Under the pieces are notes generated by a model. That model had not been told where the DNA came from, searched no databases, and saw nothing but the letters and a program-made list of their open reading frames with translations. Position numbers and translations under genes: made by a program. From IMG/VR virus record IMGVR_UViG_3300027985_001318, positions 1 to 64,000 of that record: 64,000 nucleotides of DNA. One strand, given 5' to 3'. Shown one piece after another: positions 46,292-54,994 of this stretch. The number at the start of each line of letters is the position of its first letter. Within the stretch, counting starts at the first letter, position 1.

Positions 46292-47046
46292 GTGATTCTG
46301 CAATGATTGAAAGAGTTGAGATAGGGAGTGTTTATCTTTCTAGTTCCGGGATCAAATTCCGTGTAGATGACGTTAGAAAGCATGGTCAGGATTGTAGTCT
46401 GGCTATGGTCTGTTATACAAACCTGGAGCCCACTAAAGATTCGCCTACTGGAACCGGTTGGGTAATTAGTGAGTCGTTATTTCTTAAGTTGTTTGATGAG
46501 TGTTCTGAACCTGAACGAGTTGTCTTCTTGGACTTCGACGGGGTCTTCACTATTACCTCAGATGGTGTTTTCTGTAAAGATTACGTTAATCGTCGAGCTA
46601 TTAGTCTACTTAACTCAGTTTTCGAGAAAACTAAAGCCAAGATCGTAGTAAGTAGTTCTTGGCGAGTTGGCGAAGATCGCGTAAGGTTGAATGCCTATTT
46701 AGATCTGGCTGGAATTCGAGGTAAATTACACTTGGATTTTAAGACGACGAGCAAAGGAAGTGGTTTTCGTGGCGAACAGGTCAAGGAGTGGCTTTCGAGA
46801 CATCCTGAGGTCGAGCAATACGCCATTGTTGATGACGAAACAGATTTCTTCGACGATCAATTAAAGAACCTTGTTCATGTCGATATGTACGAAGGTTTTG
46901 GTGGTAGGGATTGCGCTCGGCTACTGTCGGTATTTGGTTTGGCTGTAGATAAGGATTCGCTACGTCCTTTTAAGACTAGGGGCGTTGGTGGCGACCTTAA
47001 GCCGTACTATGACGAATATTTGGAAAGTTTAGAAAAGGGCGGTTAG
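46288..47046 (+). CDS. DUF1653-like domain fused to a HAD (Swiss-army-knife type) phosphatase domain
   Basis: N-terminal V.KH.QD...VCYTNL...WV; HAD motifs FLDFDGV, IVVSSSWR, RG..V..WL, AIVDD. Confidence 0.7.
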   Translation: MSDSAMIERVEIGSVYLSSSGIKFRVDDVRKHGQDCSLAMVCYTNLEPTKDSPTGTGWVISESLFLKLFDECSEPERVVFLDFDGVFTITSDGVFCKDYVNRRAISLLNSVFEKTKAKIVVSSSWRVGEDRVRLNAYLDLAGIRGKLHLDFKTTSKGSGFRGEQVKEWLSRHPEVEQYAIVDDETDFFDDQLKNLVHVDMYEGFGGRDCARLLSVFGLAVDKDSLRPFKTRGVGGDLKPYYDEYLESLEKGG

Positions 47047-47139
47047 TCCTTTTCTTTTTTAGGTTTTGTTACCACCAATTGATTTATTCGCCTAAAGCTG
47101 AAAGCAAAGGATTCGTTGGAGAGAAATTGAATCCCAACG

Positions 47140-47165
47140 AATCTCAGACCTATATGTCTAAAGTG
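47140..47165 (+). promoter_or_regulatory. Putative early (vRNAP) promoter
   Basis: AATCTCAGACCTATATGTCTAAAGTG; 17 nt identical to the site at 58962. Confidence 0.7.
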
Positions 47166-47226
47166 GTAATAGAGAAAAGAATGGATGGTCCATTCTCTCT
47201 AGCCAATACACTTAGAGAGGTGAGCT

Positions 47227-47478
47227 ATGAATTGGGTAAATATCGATAAGGCCGAAGGCCTGGCTTTGCTGCAAGCTAACGGTTACTGGCTGAAGGGTAC
47301 TTCAGCCAAGCCGCTGAAACGTCTGGAAGGGACCAAGAAAGTGGTCTGGTTTCAGCCGCAGCGGAAGCTGGTGGTCTTGATTGACCATCACCTACCGATC
47401 GGTCATAATGGCCACAACAAGGTTTTGTTGGAGAATTGCAGTTCTCCGGTGTGGGAAGAAATTCAACTGGAGGTTTAA
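47227..47478 (+). CDS. Hypothetical early protein
   Basis: 83 aa; GAGGTG SD. Confidence 0.7.
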   Translation: MNWVNIDKAEGLALLQANGYWLKGTSAKPLKRLEGTKKVVWFQPQRKLVVLIDHHLPIGHNGHNKVLLENCSSPVWEEIQLEV

Positions 47479-47479
47479 T

Positions 47480-47647
47480 ATGGAAAACGAAGAAAAGCGA
47501 ACAGCGGCGCAAAGCCGTAATGAGGAGATGGTTTCCATCTCCTACGACGCTGGCAAAAAGGCCGGTGAAGTCGAGTCCTTTAACAAAGGTTTCGTGACAG
47601 GTATTCTGTTCACCTGTCTGATAGGTTGGCTCTTCAAAGGGAAGTAA
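47480..47647 (+). CDS. Small membrane protein (55 aa)
   Basis: GGAGG SD before ATG 47480; C-terminal hydrophobic FVTGILFTCLIGWLF. Confidence 0.65.
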   Translation: MENEEKRTAAQSRNEEMVSISYDAGKKAGEVESFNKGFVTGILFTCLIGWLFKGK

Positions 47648-47650
47648 CGG

Positions 47651-47899
47651 ATGGCCGTAAAGAAAACATACCAGGGAAAGAAATACAAACTTTCCTTGGT
47701 TGAATATCCGAAGACTCGTCGTTATGAGATCCACGGGTTCGATAACGAGGACGGAGTCTGGATCTGCAATACTAAGACCAAACTCCGGACTTATGACTAT
47801 TACGCAGCCAACGAACAGTTCATGTCGGAAGTTCGTGAACTGGAGCGTGATGGCGTAGAGTTCTCCGAGGTCTATCTCGGCGGACATAACTGGCTGTAA
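47651..47899 (+). CDS. Hypothetical early protein
   Basis: 82-aa ORF in the same operon. Confidence 0.65.
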   Translation: MAVKKTYQGKKYKLSLVEYPKTRRYEIHGFDNEDGVWICNTKTKLRTYDYYAANEQFMSEVRELERDGVEFSEVYLGGHNWL

Positions 47900-47901
47900 G
47901 T

Positions 47902-47931
47902 AGAGGGAGGCTTACGCCTCCCTCTGTTTTT
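47902..47931 (+). terminator. Intrinsic terminator
   Basis: AGAGGGAGGC-TTAC-GCCTCCCTCT-GTTTTT. Confidence 0.8.
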
Positions 47932-47952
47932 ATTCTCTCAAGGAGCAATGAA

Positions 47953-48375
47953 ATGACTTTTACTGAAATCCTGTCTCTGATCAACGCAAACGCGCTTAGC
48001 GCCGATAAACAAAATAATACCGTACCTGAACGGGCGATAGTTTACGCCGTGGAGCGTAAACTGGTGTCCGATCTCACCGGCAATGTTCTCATCAGCGCCA
48101 ATGATAAAATGGTAAGAAATGCGATGCGTGGGATTTCATTGGAAGATATAGTGCTCTTCCAGGAAGTAGATTCCTTTGTCATGCGCCTTTTCAGAATGGT
48201 CGATGAGCTGGCTACTGCGGAGGAAGAGGTCGCAAAGGCCATGGCTGAACCTGAGCCGGACAAGAAGTTGGTAGCTGAGCATGATCGCCGAGCGATGAGT
48301 CGGCGTAGCTCAATTAAAGATCTGATTGGACTCATTAACGGCGAAGTTCATAGCTTCGCAAAAAATAAAAGCTGA
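47953..48375 (+). CDS. Hypothetical protein
   Basis: 140 aa; AAGGAG SD. Confidence 0.7.
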   Translation: MTFTEILSLINANALSADKQNNTVPERAIVYAVERKLVSDLTGNVLISANDKMVRNAMRGISLEDIVLFQEVDSFVMRLFRMVDELATAEEEVAKAMAEPEPDKKLVAEHDRRAMSRRSSIKDLIGLINGEVHSFAKNKS

Positions 48376-48399
48376 GCCGGACCAGTGCCGAGTAAGCGT

Positions 48400-48432
48400 A
48401 AAAAAGGAGGGCTTTCGCCCTCCTTTTTTTTT
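48400..48432. terminator. Bidirectional intrinsic terminator
   Basis: AAAAAAGGAGGGC-TTTC-GCCCTCCTTTTTT between convergent genes. Confidence 0.88.
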
Positions 48433-48434
48433 GC

Positions 48435-49301
48435 TTACAGCTTCAGGAAGGAGCTGTTGGCTTCCTCGATCTGCTCGGCATAACCGTTACCGTGCTGAAC
48501 ATCAGCATCGATACTATCGGCGAATGCCGGGGCCAGGTTCGGGTTAACGCCAGACATGTTCAGTGAATCGAGCACGGTCTGGGCGTAATTACGAACACCG
48601 TAACCGTACTGAGTGATGGCGGAGAAAGTCACGGAGACTTCTACGTTCTCACCACCGGCGGAGATGTCACGAGAACCTTCGATCGGACCGGAGGTGTTCG
48701 GCATCATGTTGGTGCACAGCCAGGCTTCAACAACTTCCCGGTGCGTCACGTCCGGTTCGATGAACAGAACGGTCATGCCGGTGTATTGCGGAGTGGGGTT
48801 GATCTTCTTGGTCAGGCCACGAGTGACGACCATGGGGATCTTGTTGGTCGGATCACCCAGAAGGTTGAGGATCCAACCTTCCATGGTGTTCTTGACCGGC
48901 TTACCGCGCTTTTCTGGCCAGGTAAAGGCAGGTTCGGAACGTTCACGAGTAACGTTCCCGACGTCTTGTTGCATTTCACCGGCGCCGTTCAGCGTGGTTT
49001 CCACCCACTCAACGTTCAGGGTACTACGCAGACCTTCGATCCGAGTAGCGTGACGTTCGACCAGAGCCTTCAGGGCGTCTACCCACAAGGTGGGATCCGG
49101 CAGATCCTGGAAGCCCTCGGGAGCTTGCAACAGAATTGCGATGAGGTTCTTGCGAACGTAGTTTTGGTTACCGGCCAGGTTGTTCAGATCGGGCATATAG
49201 CCCTGCTGGCCACCGTCGATGATATTGGCTGCTGTTGCAAAACGATCGACTTGCATCCCACGCTTGGGATCCAGCACCAACTTAGTTACTGCACTAGCCA
49301 T
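48435..49301 (-). CDS. Tail tube / major virion structural protein (phiKZ gp30-like)
   Basis: 288 aa downstream of the sheath; YVRKNLIAILLQAP, VLFIEPD, AWLCTNMMP; strong codon bias. Confidence 0.85.
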   Translation of the reverse strand: MASAVTKLVLDPKRGMQVDRFATAANIIDGGQQGYMPDLNNLAGNQNYVRKNLIAILLQAPEGFQDLPDPTLWVDALKALVERHATRIEGLRSTLNVEWVETTLNGAGEMQQDVGNVTRERSEPAFTWPEKRGKPVKNTMEGWILNLLGDPTNKIPMVVTRGLTKKINPTPQYTGMTVLFIEPDVTHREVVEAWLCTNMMPNTSGPIEGSRDISAGGENVEVSVTFSAITQYGYGVRNYAQTVLDSLNMSGVNPNLAPAFADSIDADVQHGNGYAEQIEEANSSFLKL

Positions 49302-51354
49302 TGATCAGATCCTCCATCCGATGCGCTTCAACAGTGAAGGACGAGGCCGTCTGCATGTTGTTCGCATACATGTGAATGGTTGCGTGGTTGGAGTACCCGC
49401 GCTGTTCATCCTGGGTAGTGTAGTAGGTTTCCGGAACGATCTGCACGCGGTTGTCGAAACGACCGGTGGTGTTCTCGGTAATCGTCTGATCCGACCGCTG
49501 ACGATATTGTTCGCGAGTCAGGTCGGTACGACCCACCAGGGTACGCCAGGTACGGAAGCAAACCTTTTGGCACTCTACGGCGATCATGACGTTCAACAGA
49601 CTGTTCAGTACTGAGGTGTCGTCGTCGTAGACGGTTTGCATGGCCGGGATGAAGAAAGAACGAGTAGAATAGGACTGAGCCCAGATCAACCCGTTATCCC
49701 AGTCACGGTTACGTACACTGGATTCCTTGAACGTACAGTTCAGGTCACGCAGCATAGTAACGTGGTTGTTTGGATCTACGTCGGGAGCGTATGCGCCGCG
49801 CAGAATACCATCACCGGCACCAGCGTAACGCGACAGCATGGCGGCGATTTCGATGGTCATCGGAACCAGTTTCTTCCACGCGGAGTTGATCAGCTTACCA
49901 GCATGACCGACGATGGCGATACGAGTAACGCCAGTACCGTACAGGACAGATTCCGGTGACAGCTCTGCTGCGGTACGCAACATAACAGCCATAGAGGACT
50001 CGGTTACTGCGTCATTGATCGACAGTGCCACGTCCTGGGTAGAAACGGCAACCCAGAGGTCCTTACGTACAGCGGTAACACCCATCAACGCCCGCTTGGT
50101 TTCGGCATCGAAACCGGTGTCGTAGATAACGCTCTGCGGGAACACAGCGACGTCCTTGAACTTATTGGTGAGATCACCGTAGTTCAGGAACTCGTTACGA
50201 CACATCTCGTTATAAGCTGTGTCGCCCATGGTACCATCAGCACCGCCACCGGCGTAGAAGGTGGAATTCTCGGTAAAGCTCAGGCCACCAGACAGAACAT
50301 CTGCCACCGCAAAGGTGTGGTAGGGACGACCATCGATGTCCACTGCGGTCAGCAGGTTCATCAGGTACTCGCCACCATCGACCAGATCGGGATTGGCCTT
50401 CTGTTCTTCAGCGTAGATCAGACCCAGGACTTCAGCGATTTGGTCATGGTAGAAGTGCGCGGCACCGAAGGGTGCATATACCGGAGCCAGGCCAGTGGTG
50501 GGATCGTCATCAACGTAGTTGGCGTCGAAGGCTTCATCGATGAAGTACTCGGTACTGGTACGGTCATCGAAAGAACCGGGCTTCAGACTGAAGTTGATGT
50601 AACGAGCACTGTAGATGGTCTCGGTTACGTTCGGGGTGGAACGAGCGTTGGGACGCTCCACCAGCTGCATCCGGTACACGAAAGCGTTGATGGCGTTAAC
50701 CAGACGTTCGTCTTGCGGAGTAGCGGAATCGGTGGTCGGCGACCACATACGCAGCCCTACGTTGTCACCGAACTTACCGAAGTCGTTCAGTTCACCGTCA
50801 AAGAACGGGTAGAGCGTGGACTGGGTGCCCAGGTCAGCATCGGTTTGGGTACCGATCTTGGATTGAGCTGCCCCAATGGCGTGGGTGGGGGCGTTGTCGT
50901 AGACGAACTTGGCCAGGTAACCATCGATGGTAGAACCGGTGTCGATAGCTTGGCCGTTAGCGTCCAGAACCAGATCACCGGAAGCATTGCGCTGGTATAC
51001 CGGCAGTTTGGTTTTCAGCAGATCCAGGTAAATGCTTACACGAGACTTTTTGGCATCGGCGGGGATCAGACGTTGGTAAACGGTCTGGTTAGCTTCGGCC
51101 GCAAAAACCTCGACCATGAACGGAGTAGCATGGGTAGCGTACTCGCTCCGGTAATTGAAAGACTCAGCTCCGTAAATGCCAGTAGCATCAGCCGGATTCA
51201 GAAAAGTTGCCTTATCAGAACCACGTTGAGCAAAGAACATTACGTGAGGAGTATGAATCGGAAGTGTCTCAACTCCCGGGTCCACCCTGCGTGCTGAAGA
51301 GTCTTTGATACCCTCCAATTTAAACTGCGGGGCGGCGTTCAAGAATTCTGACAT
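49294..51354 (-). CDS. Contractile tail sheath protein (phiKZ gp29-like)
   Basis: 686 aa; NAAPQ...GIKDSS, FAQRG, YDTGF...K, PESVLYGT, TVYDDDTSVL; AAGGAG SD. Confidence 0.9.
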   Translation of the reverse strand: MSEFLNAAPQFKLEGIKDSSARRVDPGVETLPIHTPHVMFFAQRGSDKATFLNPADATGIYGAESFNYRSEYATHATPFMVEVFAAEANQTVYQRLIPADAKKSRVSIYLDLLKTKLPVYQRNASGDLVLDANGQAIDTGSTIDGYLAKFVYDNAPTHAIGAAQSKIGTQTDADLGTQSTLYPFFDGELNDFGKFGDNVGLRMWSPTTDSATPQDERLVNAINAFVYRMQLVERPNARSTPNVTETIYSARYINFSLKPGSFDDRTSTEYFIDEAFDANYVDDDPTTGLAPVYAPFGAAHFYHDQIAEVLGLIYAEEQKANPDLVDGGEYLMNLLTAVDIDGRPYHTFAVADVLSGGLSFTENSTFYAGGGADGTMGDTAYNEMCRNEFLNYGDLTNKFKDVAVFPQSVIYDTGFDAETKRALMGVTAVRKDLWVAVSTQDVALSINDAVTESSMAVMLRTAAELSPESVLYGTGVTRIAIVGHAGKLINSAWKKLVPMTIEIAAMLSRYAGAGDGILRGAYAPDVDPNNHVTMLRDLNCTFKESSVRNRDWDNGLIWAQSYSTRSFFIPAMQTVYDDDTSVLNSLLNVMIAVECQKVCFRTWRTLVGRTDLTREQYRQRSDQTITENTTGRFDNRVQIVPETYYTTQDEQRGYSNHATIHMYANNMQTASSFTVEAHRMEDLING

Positions 51355-51503
51355 CTTGATCTCCTTGGCAATTATACTTTAGTCGACTAAATCGTATGGC
51401 AATGTAGCATCCTAAAAAGAAACCACACTTCATAGTGATAGCCAGTTTCTATAGTGGATGTGTATTTTTTAACGTTCTTTATTAAAGAAAGAGGTCTATA
51501 GCA

Positions 51504-52430
51504 ATGTTTAAAACCCCTTATGAAACCACAGTGGCTCGCCACTCCGCAATGAACTCTATCACGTCAAGTCTGGCGGTTGCTTTTTCCAACCAAGAACTAG
51601 GTTATGCTGGTATCTCAGGCAACGTTCTGGTTTTGACTGGTTTGAAAAACAGTGCCGTCCGTGTTCCTCCTTTTACTCATCCGGTTGTTTTTGAAGATGC
51701 TTACAAAAATAAGCAGATCGCCATCGATGCGCGTAGCTGTGTGGCGGTACGTAATAATGGTGGTGAGGTGATCAATCCGCGCAATCTTCCAGAGTTCGCT
51801 TTGCTGGCTTATCGAGCCGTTACGCAGAAATGCTGGATGGCTGGCAACTACAATGACATCAAAAACATTTCTCCGATTATTGGCGGTATCTACAGTCGCT
51901 GGATTTCCGAAACCATCACCCGGCAATTCCAGCTGGCCCCGGACGTGCAATTGAAGCTGGCGATTCTTTCTGCTTTCTTCTATATCTGTCAGTTCATTCC
52001 CAAAGACGCGTTCGATCCCAAGGAGGACCTGAAGCACGCCGCCCAAGTGGCTCGTTACACTGGGGTGTCTGTAGACTTCGCGAAGAACTCACTGGAAGGC
52101 ATTGGCCATATTGAAGATCTGAAGGAATTCTCAGACCTGGTTCGTTCTCTGAAGCTTTCAGTTCGCCTGGATAAATTCGACCACGCCATCATGCTCACCA
52201 TACTGACCAATTATTGGCTCAGTAATCGTGATCGTGAAATGGTTGCTGTGGCACTCGAGTACCCGCCGACCTTTGTAACTTTGGTTTATCAGGCCATTGC
52301 CGAGCGCGGATATCAGAAAACCAGACTCGCTGATCTGATCCTGCGTAACTTCGACAAAGGCGATAACCTGAAGCAGTTGGCTATGAATTTCAAACAGCTG
52401 GTAAATGTCTGGAAAGAATCTCAGCTGTAG
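51504..52430 (+). CDS. Conserved phiKZ-like protein (gp28-like by synteny)
   Basis: 308 aa; PYETT, PPFTHP, VALEYPPTF; divergent from the sheath. Confidence 0.75.
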   Translation: MFKTPYETTVARHSAMNSITSSLAVAFSNQELGYAGISGNVLVLTGLKNSAVRVPPFTHPVVFEDAYKNKQIAIDARSCVAVRNNGGEVINPRNLPEFALLAYRAVTQKCWMAGNYNDIKNISPIIGGIYSRWISETITRQFQLAPDVQLKLAILSAFFYICQFIPKDAFDPKEDLKHAAQVARYTGVSVDFAKNSLEGIGHIEDLKEFSDLVRSLKLSVRLDKFDHAIMLTILTNYWLSNRDREMVAVALEYPPTFVTLVYQAIAERGYQKTRLADLILRNFDKGDNLKQLAMNFKQLVNVWKESQL

Positions 52431-52449
52431 TACTTAACGGGAGTTTAAC

Positions 52450-54993
52450 ATGCACCCTTTGATAGAACACGCCGTGAAGAACATTTGGTGCTCACCACGG
52501 CAAGATCTTCCGTCACTGCTTGCTCTCACAAGAATTACCCCTAAGCTAGGGGCTTTTATCTCCTATCGGGTAGGTTGGGAGACGCTAGCGCTTCCTGACA
52601 GCAAAAACAGCTACCATATCTACCAGATCGGTCATAACCTTCCGAGCTCTTTTGGGCTTAGCAACACTTCTGGTAAATGGCTACGTCTTAGCGATGTCTG
52701 TGCCAACGAGTTGCTATTGGTAGATCTCTACTTGGATAACGGTTTGCAGTTTCCTCGTAGCGAAGCCTACATGTGTTCAGCTAAAAATCAGAACCTTCTG
52801 ATCGCCGTTCGAGTCCAGCCTAAAATAGCCGAGCTGGACCAACACCAACTCTATATGCGCTGCTATTCAAACGCATATTTCGGCACCAAATACAGCGACG
52901 TAAGTAAAGACGAAATCGCTGTACAGGGCGGGGTGATCACCACAGTCCAACAACTTGTTGCTTTGCAGCAGAACTTTATCAACTATAAAGCCAAAGGCTA
53001 CGGCCACGCCTATGCTTTCCACAACGGGAAGTTCGTTGACCAGTTTTCCCCACTCACCGTACAAATTGGCGATGTGGTAGAATTCGTCTTTGATAGTAGT
53101 ATCTACAAAGTGCTGGACTTCACGATAGCTGATCTCGATACTTTCAATTCCATCAAAGATGGCAAGGCTAAGTATCTGATACATCAGCCGAAAGCTGGGG
53201 TTAAGTTTATCGACTATCGCGACGATCTGGAGATCTTTTTCTGGAGAGCCGAGGCCAACGGTCGTAAGGTAGGAACCTACTATAACCGTAATGCAGAAGA
53301 CTCTGTACGGATGGTCACCCATGCAGACTGGTCAGTGCCTGTCGATTACGTGATGTCTTATGCTAATTCTGCTAGCGGCTGGGACTCTATGGTTGAGTCT
53401 GTCATGCGTATCCATGTACGCCATGGTGGTTACGAGCGTCCGTTGGTATTTGAACAGCATCGCATCCATGAGCTTTATAAGCTCGATGATGAGAAAATAG
53501 TTCAGGCTATGATCGGTTCGCACGCCACCTTGTCAGAATGGCAAGCGGCTAACTTGGAGCTGAGCAAATACCCAACTGTGATGCGGACCATGTACGAAGA
53601 TCTTACTCTCGATATGGTAGTTGAAGCCTATGGCTATAATAGCATGTCGCAGATCGTTGGCGACACGCCACAAAAGGTAGAGAATGGTCGCGTCCTACTG
53701 CCGCTTGGAATGCGGGATAGTTGCACGGTCTACGAACACGATTCTGCCGGTAAGCTGTTGGGGGTTGTCTATCATCAGTCGGGCGATTACTACGAGCCGT
53801 ATAATCCGGCTACCGCAATGATCGAAACGATTTATGGTCGTGGGGGTCGTACGTTAGACGCGGCTATCACTAAGCAGATGCTGCAGATAGATACTGATGC
53901 TGAATACCGTGTCTATCGGACCCCGGACGGCTATCCTGCAGGGATGCGTGTCTGGGAAGACATTACCGGTACTGATCGTTACACTGTAGACGCCGACGGC
54001 TTTCTTCACTGGAACTATCCTGAAAGTGCTTACACTTACATGGTTGTTTCAGATAACCGTTTTATCACCTACAACCTTACCTTGAACTACCGGGATCATC
54101 TACTGAAGTTCTCTCTGCAATGGAGACCTGACGGGTTTACCGACAGTGTGCAGGAAGTGCCGCCTGGTAGAGTAGATCTGTGGCTGAATGGCCGTCCGCT
54201 GATTGAAGGGTTGGATTACTTTATTGATTTTCCTCAAGTAGTGATCTGCAATAAAGAGTATCTTGATCAAACGGCTCCGTTCAACCAAAAGATTACGGTG
54301 CGTTGTACTGGCTTCTGTGATTCAGAAATGAAAATGGAAGAGCTGGTCGATTTTGGCTACGTTAAACATCGTCGGCTATCTGAAGACAATCAGTTCGATC
54401 TTCGCGATGACAAAGTAGTTCGTTGTATTGTCGACGGTGCCCTGTACCAGAGAACGGATCTTGGTTTCGCTGAACAAGATAGTTCTGTTATCGTTCCAGA
54501 TTCGGTTCGCGAGGGTGCTCCATATCTCGTTAGAGACATGATCACACCGATCCCTGATGTCAGCCAATATCAACATTTGATACTTCGCACTGAGGCACAA
54601 GACATTGACGAGCGGGTAAGTGGCTACATGACCAACTACTTGCCGGAATACCAGTCTGACGGGGTGGTTGCAATATCTAAGCTCTATTGGCTCTATAGTC
54701 CGTTTTTGGCTAAGGTATTGTGGGATATTAAAAATGATATCTTCGATGCCAATGCAGACTTTGTATCGGATAAATCAATCCTTGATGCAATGAGCGATTA
54801 CGAATATCTGCTGGAATACGATCCTTGTTTGAAGGATATCGATAGCAATTTCGTGACTATACACCCTCACGACAAAATCACCACAGTGGAAGTTACGGTA
54901 AATGAGTACAGTTTCCTTGCCAGAGTGATTAAACTATATCTGCGCAACAAGGTTTCTTTGTCTCATTTCCTTACCATCAAGTTAGGAGCCTAA
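52450..54993 (+). CDS. Virion structural protein (phiKZ gp27-like)
   Basis: 847 aa; NIWCSPRQD, RMVTHADW, WLNGRPLIEGLDY. Confidence 0.8.
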   Translation: MHPLIEHAVKNIWCSPRQDLPSLLALTRITPKLGAFISYRVGWETLALPDSKNSYHIYQIGHNLPSSFGLSNTSGKWLRLSDVCANELLLVDLYLDNGLQFPRSEAYMCSAKNQNLLIAVRVQPKIAELDQHQLYMRCYSNAYFGTKYSDVSKDEIAVQGGVITTVQQLVALQQNFINYKAKGYGHAYAFHNGKFVDQFSPLTVQIGDVVEFVFDSSIYKVLDFTIADLDTFNSIKDGKAKYLIHQPKAGVKFIDYRDDLEIFFWRAEANGRKVGTYYNRNAEDSVRMVTHADWSVPVDYVMSYANSASGWDSMVESVMRIHVRHGGYERPLVFEQHRIHELYKLDDEKIVQAMIGSHATLSEWQAANLELSKYPTVMRTMYEDLTLDMVVEAYGYNSMSQIVGDTPQKVENGRVLLPLGMRDSCTVYEHDSAGKLLGVVYHQSGDYYEPYNPATAMIETIYGRGGRTLDAAITKQMLQIDTDAEYRVYRTPDGYPAGMRVWEDITGTDRYTVDADGFLHWNYPESAYTYMVVSDNRFITYNLTLNYRDHLLKFSLQWRPDGFTDSVQEVPPGRVDLWLNGRPLIEGLDYFIDFPQVVICNKEYLDQTAPFNQKITVRCTGFCDSEMKMEELVDFGYVKHRRLSEDNQFDLRDDKVVRCIVDGALYQRTDLGFAEQDSSVIVPDSVREGAPYLVRDMITPIPDVSQYQHLILRTEAQDIDERVSGYMTNYLPEYQSDGVVAISKLYWLYSPFLAKVLWDIKNDIFDANADFVSDKSILDAMSDYEYLLEYDPCLKDIDSNFVTIHPHDKITTVEVTVNEYSFLARVIKLYLRNKVSLSHFLTIKLGA

Positions 54994-54994
54994 G

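Noticed and set aside
48613-51297. Long + strand ORFs (up to 326 aa) opposite sheath and tube
   Set aside because: Shadow ORFs arising from strong codon bias.
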